DNA of 64,000 nt, taken from Callorhinchus milii (Eukaryota). Under the pieces are notes generated by a model that did no database searches, had not been told where the DNA came from, and saw only the letters and a list, made by a program, of their open reading frames with translations. Below, one piece after another: positions 24,936-38,178 of this stretch. The first letter of the stretch is position 1. The number at the start of each line of letters is the position of its first letter. The stretch covers positions 112,098,001 through 112,162,000 of the forward strand of contig NW_024704743.1 in the NCBI RefSeq assembly GCF_018977255.1. Reading direction: 5' to 3'. Position numbers and translations under genes: made by a program.

Positions 24936-25000
24936 CCCAGGCATCCTTTGCGAATCAAATTGAACTGCGATTGCTGACACCGAATAAAAAGAAGGGGGGG

Positions 25001-25001
<1 letters not shown>

Positions 25002-25029
<28 letters not shown>
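25002..25029. repeat. (GA)n microsatellite
   Basis: Perfect GA run. Confidence 0.95.
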
Positions 25030-25034
<5 letters not shown>

Positions 25035-25749
25035 AGTGAAAAAAAATCCCCAAGACCTTTGTATCTTTAATACAAAACTGGAATGGTAAAGTACAGAGAG
25101 AACTAATTGGTTTATTTCCTTGAAGAGCCAGTGACAAGGAACACAGTTGGAAGCGGGCTTTTCATCAGAGGTTATCCTAAGATATAACTAATTTAAACCT
25201 CCTCGAGCACAGACACAACCCGCTCCACATGGGAGGGTATCTCTCGAGGGTTCATTAAGTGACAGGCATGGCCATTTTTGGAATCAACAACTAAACACCA
25301 TGCTAACCTTTAGCATTAAATTGCCTGTGGACCCTGAGCACTGCGTATTTTCTGTTCAGAATTCTTATGCATCACAAATAGTCTGGTGATATACAAATGA
25401 TAGATGTAAAATTTATGAAATGGTATTCATTTAAACAGCTCGTGGTTAATTCTGTGGGGAGAATTATATCATGCAGTACAGAAGGCACAGGAATCTTAAA
25501 AAAAGACTGCACTTCATTTTTTTTGAATTTGCACTGATATAATTTGGAAATGATTGCTATTACAAGTGCAATGATTGTCAACAATTACTTATGCCGAAGA
25601 AAAGATCTTGGCTCGTAAAATTTTGAGCCTAAAAATGGGTATTGGGGATGTGCAGTGGTATTTGTGTTGTATTTTATTAGAGGTGCTTAATTTAAATTAA
25701 ACTAAAGTTGTCGTTTTAAAATGCAACACCTGCTCTGTCGATTGTTCTC

Positions 25750-25883
25750 AGTCACCCTCCTACCCTTACCCTCCACACGTCTTGATCCCAACCCTCTGCT
25801 CGGGTCCATATCCCTGACCGTTCAGGAACATCCTCCCAACATGAAAGGCGCCAAACAAATGTGATTTGTTGTTGTTGTTGTTG
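25750..25883 (+). mobile_element. L2 3' tail
   Basis: catcctcccaacatgaaaggcgc...(GTT)n. Confidence 0.75.
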
Positions 25884-26627
25884 AGATGTTGTGTTAAAGT
25901 TCCAGGATCATGCTTCTTGATAAATTGAGGTAGGTCTGCTTCTTCATGCTTGGTGGGGAGAGTTCACCTGTTTGCTCATTTATTTTTTTAGTCCCTGTTT
26001 CGTAGCAACACTTGAGAAGCTAAGTGACAATTCGCAAAGATCTCTTCATGACCACTTGGTCAATTTGGCCTTAAGAGTTGCCCCCATTGTAAATTAATCT
26101 GGAGTTAAGCCTTTTTTTAAGACTGTGTTGTGCTTGTGAATTACTCCATTTAACAATAATAAAAGGAACAAAGTAAAAGGAGGCATCTCTGATACAGGTC
26201 TTGGATTAGTTCCATGAACAGCTTGCTTCTTGATGTTTTGTTCTGCATTCCAGTCTAAATATAACAAAATCCCTTACACAAACCCTGGCTTGAAAATGCC
26301 AAGCATCTCCCACTTGCAAATTCTACAGCAAATATTTACACTTCACAGTTTTGATAAAGAAAGTCAGCGCTGGATAACTCCTCAGATTTCAGTCATTTCA
26401 CTTTCGTGTCTTCAAAATAAATTCTAATGGTAAGGCGCAATTTGCAGCATTGGTTTCTAAGTTATTGAATTTCTTGAACATTAAATGTGCTGAAGAATAC
26501 AACTAAACACCGTAATTGTTTAACTCGTATTAAGGAGTTTCTTAAGAAATTCTGGAAACTAAATCATAGTATTTCATATTCTGAAAGGTTTTTGTCATAT
26601 AAAGGCTTCAGATATCAAATGATGGTC

Positions 26628-26960
26628 CCAGCCTAGGCTAACACTCCAATGCAGTGCTGGGGCAGTGCTGCATTGTTGGAGGTGCTGTCCTTCGGACAAG
26701 ATGTTAGACCAAGATTCGGTCTTCCTGTTCAGGTGGACGTTAAAGATCCCATGCATTAGAGTTTCTCCCAATGTCCCTGGCCAGCAATCACCAAGATAAA
26801 ATTGGTCATTCATTTCATAGGTATTTTGGGGACATTGTAGTGTGCAAATTGGCTGCTGTATTTGGCTACAAAATACACAGTCACTAAGCTTCACAATAAA
26901 CTCTTTGAAGCATTTTGAGGCATTATCCCATCATGGAAGACACTGTATGAAAGGCAAGAA
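26628..26960 (+). mobile_element. Deu-domain SINE
   Basis: ctgttcaggtggacgttaaagatccc and tail. Confidence 0.9.
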
Positions 26961-26963
26961 TTA

Positions 26964-28088
26964 CGGTGGGATCTGCTTTTGCCGGACTCTGGTTAACCCC
27001 GTACATCAGGTAAATTGAACAATCCCGGCGCCGATTCATTTGTTTTCTTACCTGTTGAAAATATGCATGTTAATTCAGACGAAAATCTGGTTAATCCGAG
27101 CAAAATGTTCCACTGGTCGTTGCTGTTTTCAAATCCCTTCATGCCCTCACACCTCCCTATCTTTCCGACATGCTCACCCCCCCTCTCTACTACCCATTGC
27201 CGCCGATCGGCCAGCTCTAGCCTCCTGTTCGTCCGTCGTCCCCTCCACTCCACCATCGATGGCCGTGCTTTCAGGCACTACACCCCGAAGCTCTGGAACT
27301 CTCTCCCCCAATCCCTCCACCTTGCACCCTCCCTCCCCACTTTTAAATGCTGCCTAAAGACCTTCCTTTTTTATCGTGCTTACGGTCACTCCCTCTCCCC
27401 CTGGCACGGAGTCAGACTCCGCCACTGTTAAGTGCTCCAGAACGCTACCCAGCATGAAGGGCACTATATAAATGCAAATTGCTATTCCTGAATGTACTCA
27501 CTCTGGCCTTTTGTGTGTCGAGCCTTCAGCCACGAGAGCTTCCGGGATGTAGAATATGAGGAGTCAAATTGCGATCGACAGCGGAGTTCAGTCACTCACA
27601 AGCAGCTGGAGTTGGGCTGTCAATCAGTGAAGGGGCGGAGGCACAGGGAAGAACAAGAGAGGGAATGAAAGGAGTCAACTCACGATTGACAGCTGAGCCG
27701 CTTGTGATTGGGTGGAGCTCATTCATTCACAACTGGCTGCAGGCTGTCAATCACTTCATCACCGCTAATCGGTCCCCTTCCCATCCAATGGGAATGGCAA
27801 TGGTGGGAGTAAACTCCTCAGTTGGGGGCGGGAAAGTCCTTGACTGTATTTGTGGCCAAAAAAGTTAATATATTTTGACTGAATTCTGTGAGAGTATTTT
27901 AACTTTAACTGGTTAATTAACATTGCTTCCAGTGAAACATCATTATCACATATTATTATATGATGTTGGGGCGGGGTGTGGTGGGACTCCTCTGCTGGTT
28001 GGGAATGGTATTTCGGCTAACCTCGGACACCTCTTAAGTCGGACAAAATGTCCGTCACCGATGTGTGCGGCTTAACCAGCTTCCACTG
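26964..28088. mobile_element. Tc1/mariner-pogo (Tigger-like) non-autonomous DNA transposon
   Basis: Left end TA|CGGTGGGATCTGCTTTTGCCG versus reverse of right end TA|CAGTGGAAGCTGGTTAAGCCG (15/21 identical); TA on both flanks. Confidence 0.6.
27108..27482 (+). mobile_element. L2 3' portion nested in the Tigger-like element
   Basis: ORF 27015: GRAFRHYTPKLWNSLP...FKCCLKTFLFYRAY. Confidence 0.95.
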
Positions 28089-28334
28089 TATATATGAAAT
28101 CAAATTATTTTCAGATTGAATGCAAATCTACATTCACGTGGCACCTTTCACGTCGGGAGGGCAGATGTCCCAATACTGGCTTGGCACCCGAACTGGGGTT
28201 AGGTGATTGAAACGAATGTACCACAATAGAGGCTGCCATGCTCTTGTAGTGGTTTAGCCACTCTAAAGAATCAACTTATTGTACATTTGAAACTCATTTG
28301 ATTTCTCATACTAACCTCTGAATTATCCTACAAA

Positions 28335-28555
28335 ATTCAAAATACTGCGGATGTTGGAAAGTTGAAACAAAAACAGAAGTCGCTGGGAACACTCAAGTCA
28401 GACAGCATCTATGGGGAAAGGAAAGTGAGTCAATGTTTTGGGTCCACAGGTTCTGACGAAGGGTCATGGACCCAAAACGTTGACTCACTTTCCTTTCCCC
28501 ATAGATGCTGCCTGACCTGTTGAGTGTTCCCAGCGACTTTGTTTTTTGTCTCTGA
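28335..28555 (+). mobile_element. Penelope-like palindromic end (inverted pseudo-LTR) with hammerhead motif
   Basis: Arms of about 80 bp (28366-28447 vs 28467-28550) flank ggtt-CTGACGA-agggtcatggaccc-aAAAC-GTT-gact. Confidence 0.8.
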
Positions 28556-28744
28556 ATTGTCCTCTTTGTTTTCTGCTTTAAACTCCCAGCGAGAGAATCC
28601 ACAATGGCCCGAATTGGCAGAATATAATAAATTTAGTGTCACGGGTGATAAGCTGTCATCTTATACAAAAGCTGCCCCTAAGTGACTTGAGGGTGTTTTG
28701 AAGACAATTTGAAAGTACACAATACTATAACATTCCAAAATATG

Positions 28745-29200
28745 TATTATAATAATCATCATAATAATGATGATAATCATTGCATTTGTTATAGCGTCTT
28801 ATCACATTGGAAAGACGTCTCAAAGCTCTTCACAGGATTTCCTGTGAAATGGAGTGACTGTGTATTTGTAGCCAAACACGGTAGCCCAATTGCATACAAC
28901 AATTTCCCACAAACAGCCATGAAACAAATAAACAATTTATTTTATTTTGGGGCATTGTTTCAAACACAGATTGGATAGTTTTCTTTTAGGAAATGACATT
29001 ATAGCATACAGTACATGGGTACATGGGGACATATTGCATGTGACCGCCAGGAAGGTGAAAGGCGAACTTGATGGACCTTGGTCTTTTTTCGTTTAGTATT
29101 TCTTATGATACTGGGAGAAACTTCAATCTGTTTTCAAATAGTGCCACAGGATCTTTAAAGTCCACCTGAACAGACAGGACCTGGGTTTAATGTATCATTC
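28745..29200 (-). mobile_element. Deu-domain SINE with a CR1 tail inserted at about 28970-29110
   Basis: Tail at 28780; core atctttaaagtccacctgaacag at 29150. Confidence 0.8.
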
Positions 29201-30880
29201 ATAGTCGTAGTCATGTAAAACAGATATGGATATTTTTATTCAAATATTTGCAAACATCAACCTTTCTTTAGCAAGTAAGTATCAGTGCCAGAATGATATT
29301 ATGAATTAAGGTGTCACTTTCTTAACTCAAACATCAGCTTCTGAGCTGAAGTCGTTAAACTTATCGAAACCAAAATGTTCTTCCACTGAAATCTGATCAG
29401 GGTCTTGGTTTTGTTTTCACACCATATATACATGTCAAAATGTCAATTAAATATACTGTAATTTTCATCATGTTCACTGAAATGTATTTTAATATTATTG
29501 CGTGAGATTATTCATTTGGATTGCACACCTATACTAACGGATACAAATACGTGGCTTTATACTTCAAAGGACTTGAATATTTGAAAGAGCTTCTGTGTTA
29601 TTCAGAATACACCTAAATGGTAGTATCAGGGTTTCTTTGCTGAAGTGTGCACTTTTTATGAAATGATCTAAAAGCATATATCACTGCACTTGGCATATTT
29701 TGAACTAGGAGCAGTTCCGTCCCCTCCCCACATTTGCTGTGAACGAAGGAGGGTGGGAGGTAGTGGGGGGTGCTGCCCTTTAATGTGAAGAGGCAGAAAC
29801 TCTGCAGGGAAATCGAGAATTGCACTGGTGCATTACAAAAATTCTTTCATGAGTGTGAAAGATCCATAACTCATGGGTGCTGCAGGCATGAGTGAATTAT
29901 AAAGACCTTTCTCACCAACAAAAGCAGCCTGATAATGCATCACAACCTGCATCTTTTTCTGTTTATTGCAGAGGTACTAGTGATGGTCACTTCAAAGCTA
30001 TTCTGGGATGTACAGGAAGACTATGTGAAATTTTTAATGGGATGGCAAAACAGCAAAACAGTTAGGAATCAGTGAAATTAATAACAATAGATGCGGAATG
30101 ACCTGCTCAAGTTCCACATATATTTTCTGCAAAGCGTTTCAAGAGAATTTTGTAAGCAGTGCGTTTCCCTTCTCCCACTTAAACATAAAACGGACGATAT
30201 ATGAAATTCAAATGATTCTGGATTTTAGTGGCAACTCATTAAAATTTCTTAATTGCACTGATTAATTAATCAAGATTTGGGAATTGGCAACTAAACGCAG
30301 TTGTTAATTATTTTCTCCCCAGTGTCTGTTTGGTTTACTGCTTCCTGGGCATATTTCTGTTTTCAGATATCCTTTGCGCTAACTCATCACTTAACCTCCT
30401 TGTTGCTCTCCATCACCTGCAATACTGGGAGTTCTGCGCTTCATCTGGATTAGATCCAAATTAGGTAGCTCTCATCCCTCAATCACCCTTCAGCTATCCT
30501 AAACTTGTAAAATGCTAGACATATGCTTTGGCTCTTAAATCCACAATTACATATATTTAGAATCTTAATGGGTAATGTAATAATTGTATTTGATAATCCT
30601 AATAGCTTGCTTCAGGGTACGGAATTTTTTTCTTGCAAATATCAGAACTAGAATGTGTTTACTGTCTTTTAATTTACAACCGTGGAAAGCCCTTTTTACA
30701 GAAGAATACTGACAATCACAGGGTTAAAGTGAATATTGAGACCATACATGCAATGCATTACAGAGAGAAACACTTTATCCATCTTTCAGTGTACCCAACA
30801 GTCAGAAGGAGCCGTCACACGGCACATGGCACAGGGAATGTTATTCATTTAATTGCTGGAGAAAGTACAATATATATATA

Positions 30881-31240
30881 TAATAATAATCCTTGCATTT
30901 GATATAGCGCTTTATCATGTCTTCAAGATATCCCAAATATACTGTAAAGTGAATTGACTGCGTATTTTGTAGGCGAAACGTGGCAGCCAATTGCGCACAG
31001 TAGTGTCCCACAAACAGTCGTGGATTGAAGTGACCAATTCATTATTATTATTTTTTTGAAGGAATTATTACCCCCAGAAAAGCGATCCCCCAATTGACTA
31101 ACAACCGGGTTCCTACTTACTGCTAGATAAACAGAAGTGTGGGGTAAGGAAACTTGCCCAAACTTTCACCTTGCCGGGAATCAAACCCAGGTCTCTTGCT
31201 TGCGAGGCGAGTGCTGTAACAACTGAGCTACAGGACTCCA
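30881..31240 (-). mobile_element. young tRNA-SINE, long subfamily, full length
   Basis: Complete head, central block and tail. Confidence 0.95.
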
Positions 31241-32039
31241 AAAGAAAGAAAGAGAAATAGAAATGCATTCAAGTTGATAACAGCGAACCAATAGCAGCAA
31301 CAATATGCATTGATATCAAGCCTTTCCTGTCGAAAGGACATCTCAAAGCACTATGCAAAGCTGTGTGGGGAGCCCGAGTTGGTGATGGGGGAATTGAGGT
31401 GGTTACATTTTAGAATGTTGGGACTTATTAAAATAATTCGGTACAAATAAAGCTTTCATTTCCGTGCTACTCTTTTATAAAGGACAATGATTATAATGCT
31501 CCTATTTATCTTGAGTGTGAATCCATTACTATTGACATCAGAAGGAGTGCAGGCTCTCAATCCATTGTATGGAGGTTAGCAAGACCAACAATGATCTTTA
31601 GCTAATCCCCACATCATATTTTATTGAGACGGAGACATTAAAAAGTCAACAACCAATTTTGGAATTTTCCAAAATCAGATGATAGTTTTTAATTTGACGA
31701 GCCCCTTAATAGAATTGAAACTGGCCTCTTGAAAGTTCTCGAGCCAACCAGTCTGAGAGCTTCCAGGGGACCATTGGAGAGCTAAAACGAACTCTATTGG
31801 CACTATTGAGTTTATATTGTAGCGGAGGTGAATTGAACAGCTCCAAAAACCCCTCTGACTAGTTGTCTCGGGAGCGGGTCTCCAGCGCAATTCATGCTGC
31901 GTCAACCTTGATTTATAGCACACATTTCAGAGCGAATCACTGAGACATGCAGTATAAATGCAGCATTCTGGAGAAATCCTGCGAGAGCCTGATGAGGAGG
32001 CGGCTCAACCCAATTCAGCAGAAGGACTGTTTGTCAGTG

Positions 32040-32605
32040 AAAATACATAGAGGATTGCTTAAACCGGGTATAGGAGAGAGTAAACCTGATATAACAGAAG
32101 CCAAACCTAATGGGCCAAAGGGCTTTCCTCATCTAAACTAAGCTTGGTGCTCATGTGACTCCAGATCTGTAACATTGGAGAAGGTATTCTGACGCTGTTG
32201 ATTTCAGCGCCTTGGGACGTCCTCCTGACGTGAAAGGCGCTTTATAAATGGAATCTTGTTGTTGTTGTTGTTGAATTCTCTCCTAATTTCGAGTGGCAGT
32301 CAAAGTGAAGCTTAACACTTTATGAAAAAAAACTGTGTTTTGGATGCATCAAGAACGTAGAACAAGAGGGTTTAGGTTTAGAGTTGCAAAGGGTAATCTC
32401 AGGACATGCACCAGGAAGTTTTTCTTTAACTAGTGGGTATTTAATAGCTGGAACAGGTTGCCAGGAAGAGTGGTTGAGGCCAAGACATGGGATTCAATAA
32501 AGGAACAGCTTAATGTTGTGATGGAGGGAATGTTAGGGTGGGTGTTCTGGAGGAGGGGATCAAACGGGCCGAAGTGCTTCTTCATCCAAACCAATATTGT
32601 GATGA
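32040..32605 (+). mobile_element. CR1 3' fragments plus an L2 tail (32205-32272)
   Basis: agaacaagaggg...aatagctggaacaggttgcc resembles RTRG...NSWNRLP; cagcgccttgggacgtcctcc...(GTT)n. Confidence 0.8.
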
Positions 32606-33699
32606 TATAAATGTATAATGTTCCATTAGCATATAGAATTAAAAGTTTATTTTAAAATGAAAAGGAGTTGGTGCAATCGCTGATTTCCATCCTCTTTTTG
32701 TGGAGACTGAAAAGCGATTTCTCAGGGATTTATTGTCAGTCTAATTTTGTCTGAGCTTGAGTGTTTACACCTACAAAAAGAGTGCACCACACAAAATAGG
32801 CTTGGAAGGAGAGAAGCTGGATTAAATTAGTCCATGAATGTGTAAGGTTGTATGGAAAAGAGGTGGAAATGATACACAATTATCTGTGGTCTTAGCTAGT
32901 CATCATCAGAACTACTAAATCTAAGTGGAAAACACTTAACTGATTGGAAGTTTACTGAGTTTAATCCAGCTTTCAGCCTTTAAAAGTACACAGGATAACA
33001 TCTGGGTAAGTGTTACCACTGCTGACAGCTGAATGCTTTGGTAACTCCACTTTTCATACTGTTCCCACAAATTTGTATCTCCTCAAATTGATTAATTACA
33101 AGCCATAATACTTTACTATACAAATGCTAAAATATCTGCCAATCCAAACAGTTTAGAGATGTATCTCTGATGGAAAGAGTTCAAAGGGCAGTATCTCCAA
33201 TTTTTGAATTGCTTAAAAATGGACTATGTAAGGCATGTTTAAATTAGAGCTTAACTAAAGCTTAACAGCTGGAATTGCTTTGGTCAGTTGGGTGTCTGAC
33301 ACATGCAGAAACCCATTACTATACTTAACAATATCCAAACCAAACTGAGAATTACATGCATCCCACCTATACATGGAAATTCAAGAGATATTTATTGGAA
33401 TATAATGCGCACTCTCCCTCTGGAGATGCATCCTGCTTACCTAATTCCAGACAGTATGAGGCACATATTGGCAAGAGCTGAAGCTTGGGGACCCCAGACT
33501 GTGTGTTGGAGTTTAACCAGCTAAAACAGCATAAACAGTTAAAAGCACTGTCTGGCAAGCTCTCCTATTGCTTGTCCAGCTAGGACCACCCTACCCGATA
33601 GAGCTTTGACTTGCAGTGTTAACTGGAGCAGAGTGGGAACCCCAATGATTGGTCTGTCCTTCCAAGCCCTGCTGATGAGCCAGACTGCTACTGCTGTGG

Positions 33700-34110
33700 A
33701 GAACTGTGGACCCGCCTGGCTTAGGAACTGGATTACTAAATCGCGACAGAGGGCTGGCTCGATTCTAACATTTTATTGGCAAACATGTTTTGGCAGAGAC
33801 CAAAACCAGGGGCCATTAATATAAAATAGTCACAAATGGATCAAATAGGGAAGTTAGAAGAAATTTCTTCACACAGAGTAGTGGGAATGTGGAACAATGC
33901 TACCACAAGGAGTTGTTGAGGCAAACAGCATAGATATATTTCAGGGAAAGCTAGATAGAGGGAGAAAGGAATAGAAGGTTATGCTTGAAGGCTTAGTTGA
34001 GGAAGGGCAGGAGGAGGCTCATGTGGAGCATAAACACCGGCATAGACCAATTGGGCCCAACGGTCTGTTTCTGTGCTGTATATTCTAATGTATTCTAATG
34101 TATGTGATTT
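33700..34110 (+). mobile_element. CR1 fragments (internal RT piece joined to 3' end)
   Basis: WLRNWITKSRQR; ttcttcacacagagtagtgggaatgtggaac; (tattctaatg)n tail. Confidence 0.8.
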
Positions 34111-34194
34111 TAGAGTCAGCTCAGCTTCGCTTACCTCCCCACAAGGAGGATAGTTCTACAAATCACCTGATCAATTCTGGGGTCAGTGAGTGTG

Positions 34195-34600
34195 AGGTGT
34201 CAGCCTGGCTCAGTTGGTCGCACTCTCGCCTCTCAGCCGAAAAGCTATGGGTTCAAGCTGCACATTGGAACTTTGAGCTCACAGATTTGGCTGACACTCT
34301 TGTGCAATGCTGGGAAAGTATGCATTGATGGAGATGCTGTCCTTCAGATGAGATATTAAACTGAGATCGAGTCTGCTCAGGTGGACATTAAGGATCCATT
34401 GGCACAAAAGATAAGGGATTTTCTCCCAATGTTTGATTAATAAGGCCCCCCTCCCCCTGCAATAAAATTGGTCATTCAGTTCATGGCTGTGTGCAAATTG
34501 GCTGCCAAATTCACCCTACAAAAAAAATAGTCATTCTAGTTCACAATAAAATTCTGTGAAGTGCTTTGGGAGGTCTTGAAAAATAAGATTATTGATATAA
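34195..34600 (+). mobile_element. Deu-domain SINE, full length
   Basis: ggtgtcagcctggctcagttgg head (A-box), ggttcaag (B-box), Deu core, tail. Confidence 0.9.
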
Positions 34601-36149
34601 GCCAAGCACCTTTCAGGTGTCTGTGGCTCAGAACCATACGGGTAAATTGCATTATCTGGAGAAGTTTGGGAGATGTTCATCAGGGTTAGATGGCAGGGAC
34701 TGGTTGTTAAACTGTTAATTTGCTTATTGCATCTTATATTAGTTTAACAGCTGTGGGTAATTTCCCAAACAAACAGAGGAGAGCAGGACACAAAGTCTTC
34801 CAGTAACTGGGTATAATTACCACAAAACAGGTCCACAAAACACTGACAGGATGATTGTGCCTATAATTATCAATCAGCTTTGTGGCTGGATAGTTGAAAA
34901 TAACTTGACTTTTAGATTCTACCCAATGCTTGTTTGACACTGTGCCAAACACTGTCAATTTGGATTTAAAATGTTGTTATTTTGTCTGGTGCTCCATTGA
35001 AATGATATTTTGGCATTTGTGTCGCCTACAAAATACAATCACTCCACATCATAGTATGTTTTAAGCCATTGTTCTGATGTGAAATGTACTATATCAAATG
35101 CTTGGGTTATCATTATTATTAATAAGAATTGTAATGGTTTAATATTGGGTGTTTGCATCTAGCTCAAAGGTCCGGTGTGAATGTGCCTAAGAAGTCAGCT
35201 TTATCTCTTCTCAGTGATGCAGGCAGCGACAAGAGCTGTCAGGGATTTTGCTGCTGTGAAAAATTATCTAAAATGGTTCTCGTCTCACGTGTCTGTTCTG
35301 CCATCATGCACTTCACAGTCTGATTGCCAAATTGCGACGGTTTCCTCCTGTTCATTTGGTCAGGAGGTTCATCTGCCGTCTGGTGAAGCTTGCCACAACA
35401 ATTGACTGACAGGTATTTCAATTAAGTGGAAAGCACTATATTAATCAAAGTAGGTTTTCTAATTTGACCTATGGTATTAATGCAGAAGCCAAAGACCTTA
35501 TTTTATTTGTTAACTGCCTAGTCTTTGTACAATTCATTTTCTTTCCCAAGTCTGTTTGCAGGAACAATAGCATCCAGATCACCCCAGCTGTCAGACTAGT
35601 GTTTCTTTGCTGTCTATTAAATGCTGAATGAAAACATTTTATCTTAAAACGTTATTAATTTTTGAAATACTAAAATGTTGAGTATTATTTCCAAATTATA
35701 ATGATCATTGCGATATAATGCACTGAATAGATTTTCAATTTAAAAAACGTGCCTTATGTTTACCATTTTATTTATCGTCAACTACATGCGTTAATGTTTA
35801 ATGGGCGGAAGGTTGATGATTTACTGGGAATGGAGTAATCCTCATTCTCCACACTGGGGTCTCCTGCACACATCATTGCTTAAGCCCATCAGATCAGCAC
35901 TTCAGAATGGGTGAATAGCCAAAATCCACATGTGCCTGCTCATTCCAATATCTGCATCAGAACAGCCCAAGACTATTCTTGGCATTGCGCCTTTGTTGAC
36001 TGGGGTTGTGTGTAGGATTCAAAGATTCAAACTAACAATGGAACATTTAATGGAAACGTTAACAAAATCACAATGCTGAATGGGTTCGACACATATCAGA
36101 TGACCTATTAGCACCAATTGAAACTAGGCCTGGCTCAGTCAGTCGTACA

Positions 36150-36760
36150 TCTGGCCAACGATCTCCCCCTAATAAAATTGTTTCATTTGTTTAATGACTA
36201 GTTTGGAGGAGGAAACTGGGCTCCTGCGTTTTCCCGATAGATACACAGTCACTCCACTTTATTGTGAATTCTGTGAAGAGCTCAGAGATGTCCTCCTGAC
36301 ATGAAAGGAGTTATATCAAATGCAAGCATTATTATGAGAAAGTTGTAGGTTCAAGGTCGCATCTGACCTTAAGCTCACAATCCAATTTGACACTCCAACA
36401 ATACAGTGCTGGGTGGAGCACAGAATTAGCAGAGGTGCTATCCTTCAGATGACCTGAGGTCCTATCTGCCTGTTAAGGTGGACATTAAATATCACATAGC
36501 ACCATTTGAAAAGAGATAGGAGTTTTTTCCAGTGTCTTGATCAACAATCCTGCAATAAAATTGGTCACTCAATCTATGGCTGTTTGTGGGATATTGCTGT
36601 ATGGAAACGGGCTGCAGCATTTGCCCACAAAAACACGGTCACTCAACTTCGCAGTACTGTATATCCCGTGAAGAGGTTTGGGACGTCCTCTCCATGCGAA
36701 AAACACTATTCCAAATGTAAGGAATGTCATGATTATTATGTAATTCTATATAATTATTAT
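36150..36760 (+). mobile_element. SINE tail followed by a Deu-domain SINE
   Basis: Two tails (near 36320 and 36720) and a Deu core at 36470. Confidence 0.85.
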
Positions 36761-38178
36761 ATAATTCTGTATAATTCTTTGCTGCTTTTCTTAATGAAAG
36801 GATTTGAGTAACAAAGAGGTCCGGCCAGAAGACTGATTGAAAAAACCTTGACTTTCACCAGAGTGTTCCCTCACCACTGAGTAGATGATCTGCTCAATGC
36901 ACAAGAGTAAGGGCCTTCACCAGTTAAGACCAAGTGTCTCGCCCAATCTTTTCTCAAGAAAACTCGTCCCTTTTGATTTAGGAATTCTCCCTGAACTAGT
37001 AAAGTTAGAGCAAGAACTAGGTCCTTATAATGAAGCGGCAATCATCCAATTCAGGATAGAAGCTCTTTCTTTCCCCCGCAACTTTCCACGAGGAAGCACT
37101 GAGGCAGTTTTCTGTAGCTTAATTAATAGCCTAATTAGAGATAGCTGAGGCGTCCAACATGTGTGACTTGGAGCTATAAAGTGCTATGGATCTGGCCATT
37201 TCCCTGAGGCTCTGTGCTAATGTTTTCCAGTCTGAAAAGCACAACAGTAAATGTAGAGTTCTGCTGCATGTCACAAGCTTTAGGCAAGGAAGATTCCACT
37301 TCCGCCCACTCAACATGGGAAAGCCTGGTTGCAGCTTTCGCAGGTGTAGATGACATGCATAAAAAATAACATTTTTTAGAAATGAATCAAGTTTGCAAAG
37401 TAAGCAGTATGAGGCATGGTAGTGGTGCAACGTGGGAGATAGAGAGCCAGCCACTCCAGAACAGTCAATGACTGGGTCATAGAACTAACAAAGGGCCATG
37501 CAGGTCACCCTCCATTCTCTTATCCAAGGATTCGATAAGATAAGGGATTAAAGACGGAGAAAGTAAAAGGTGATGGAATAGGGAACAAAATAATACTCCC
37601 TCTTCCTATAACTGTAGTACGCTGAAATGCATTGATACTGTTGTCTGGGAGAGAAGATGAGAATATGTAGCAATCAGCAGTGTTACATATGCACATTGTA
37701 AAGTTGGTTCTGAAATCGGTGTCAATCCTAGTAGCGTCACTGAAGGAAGAAATGAACATCTTTGAAATGTGCAGGCAAGAAAGCGTTGAAAATAGTAACT
37801 AGGCAAAGCAAATGTGATTGACGATAGTGTCACTTGATGCTCTAGCTCAACAACACCAACATCTTACATATTTATTAGCGCCCTTCACATCAGGTGATGT
37901 CTCCTCATATTCAATCCAACTCACATTCAGTCCCAAACATTACCACTTTTTTTTCCAAGGCTAACAACATTGGCTTTCAGATTGGGTGGGCCACTTGTGG
38001 AAAGATGTCATCCAAACTCATTCCTCTTCATAAATCCTGATCTGCTGCACTTTTTATGTGCCAGGTGGCTTCTCATTGTACACCCAATAATGATCCAAAT
38101 CAGAATTTGTATTTGGGAGTCACAGAAAATGGCTGCTGCTGAAAGACTTTCCAAGATTTGTGTTTCTTTTATGTGAGA

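Noticed and set aside
36885..37454. protein-like ORFs on both strands
   Set aside because: No recognisable domain or splice structure.
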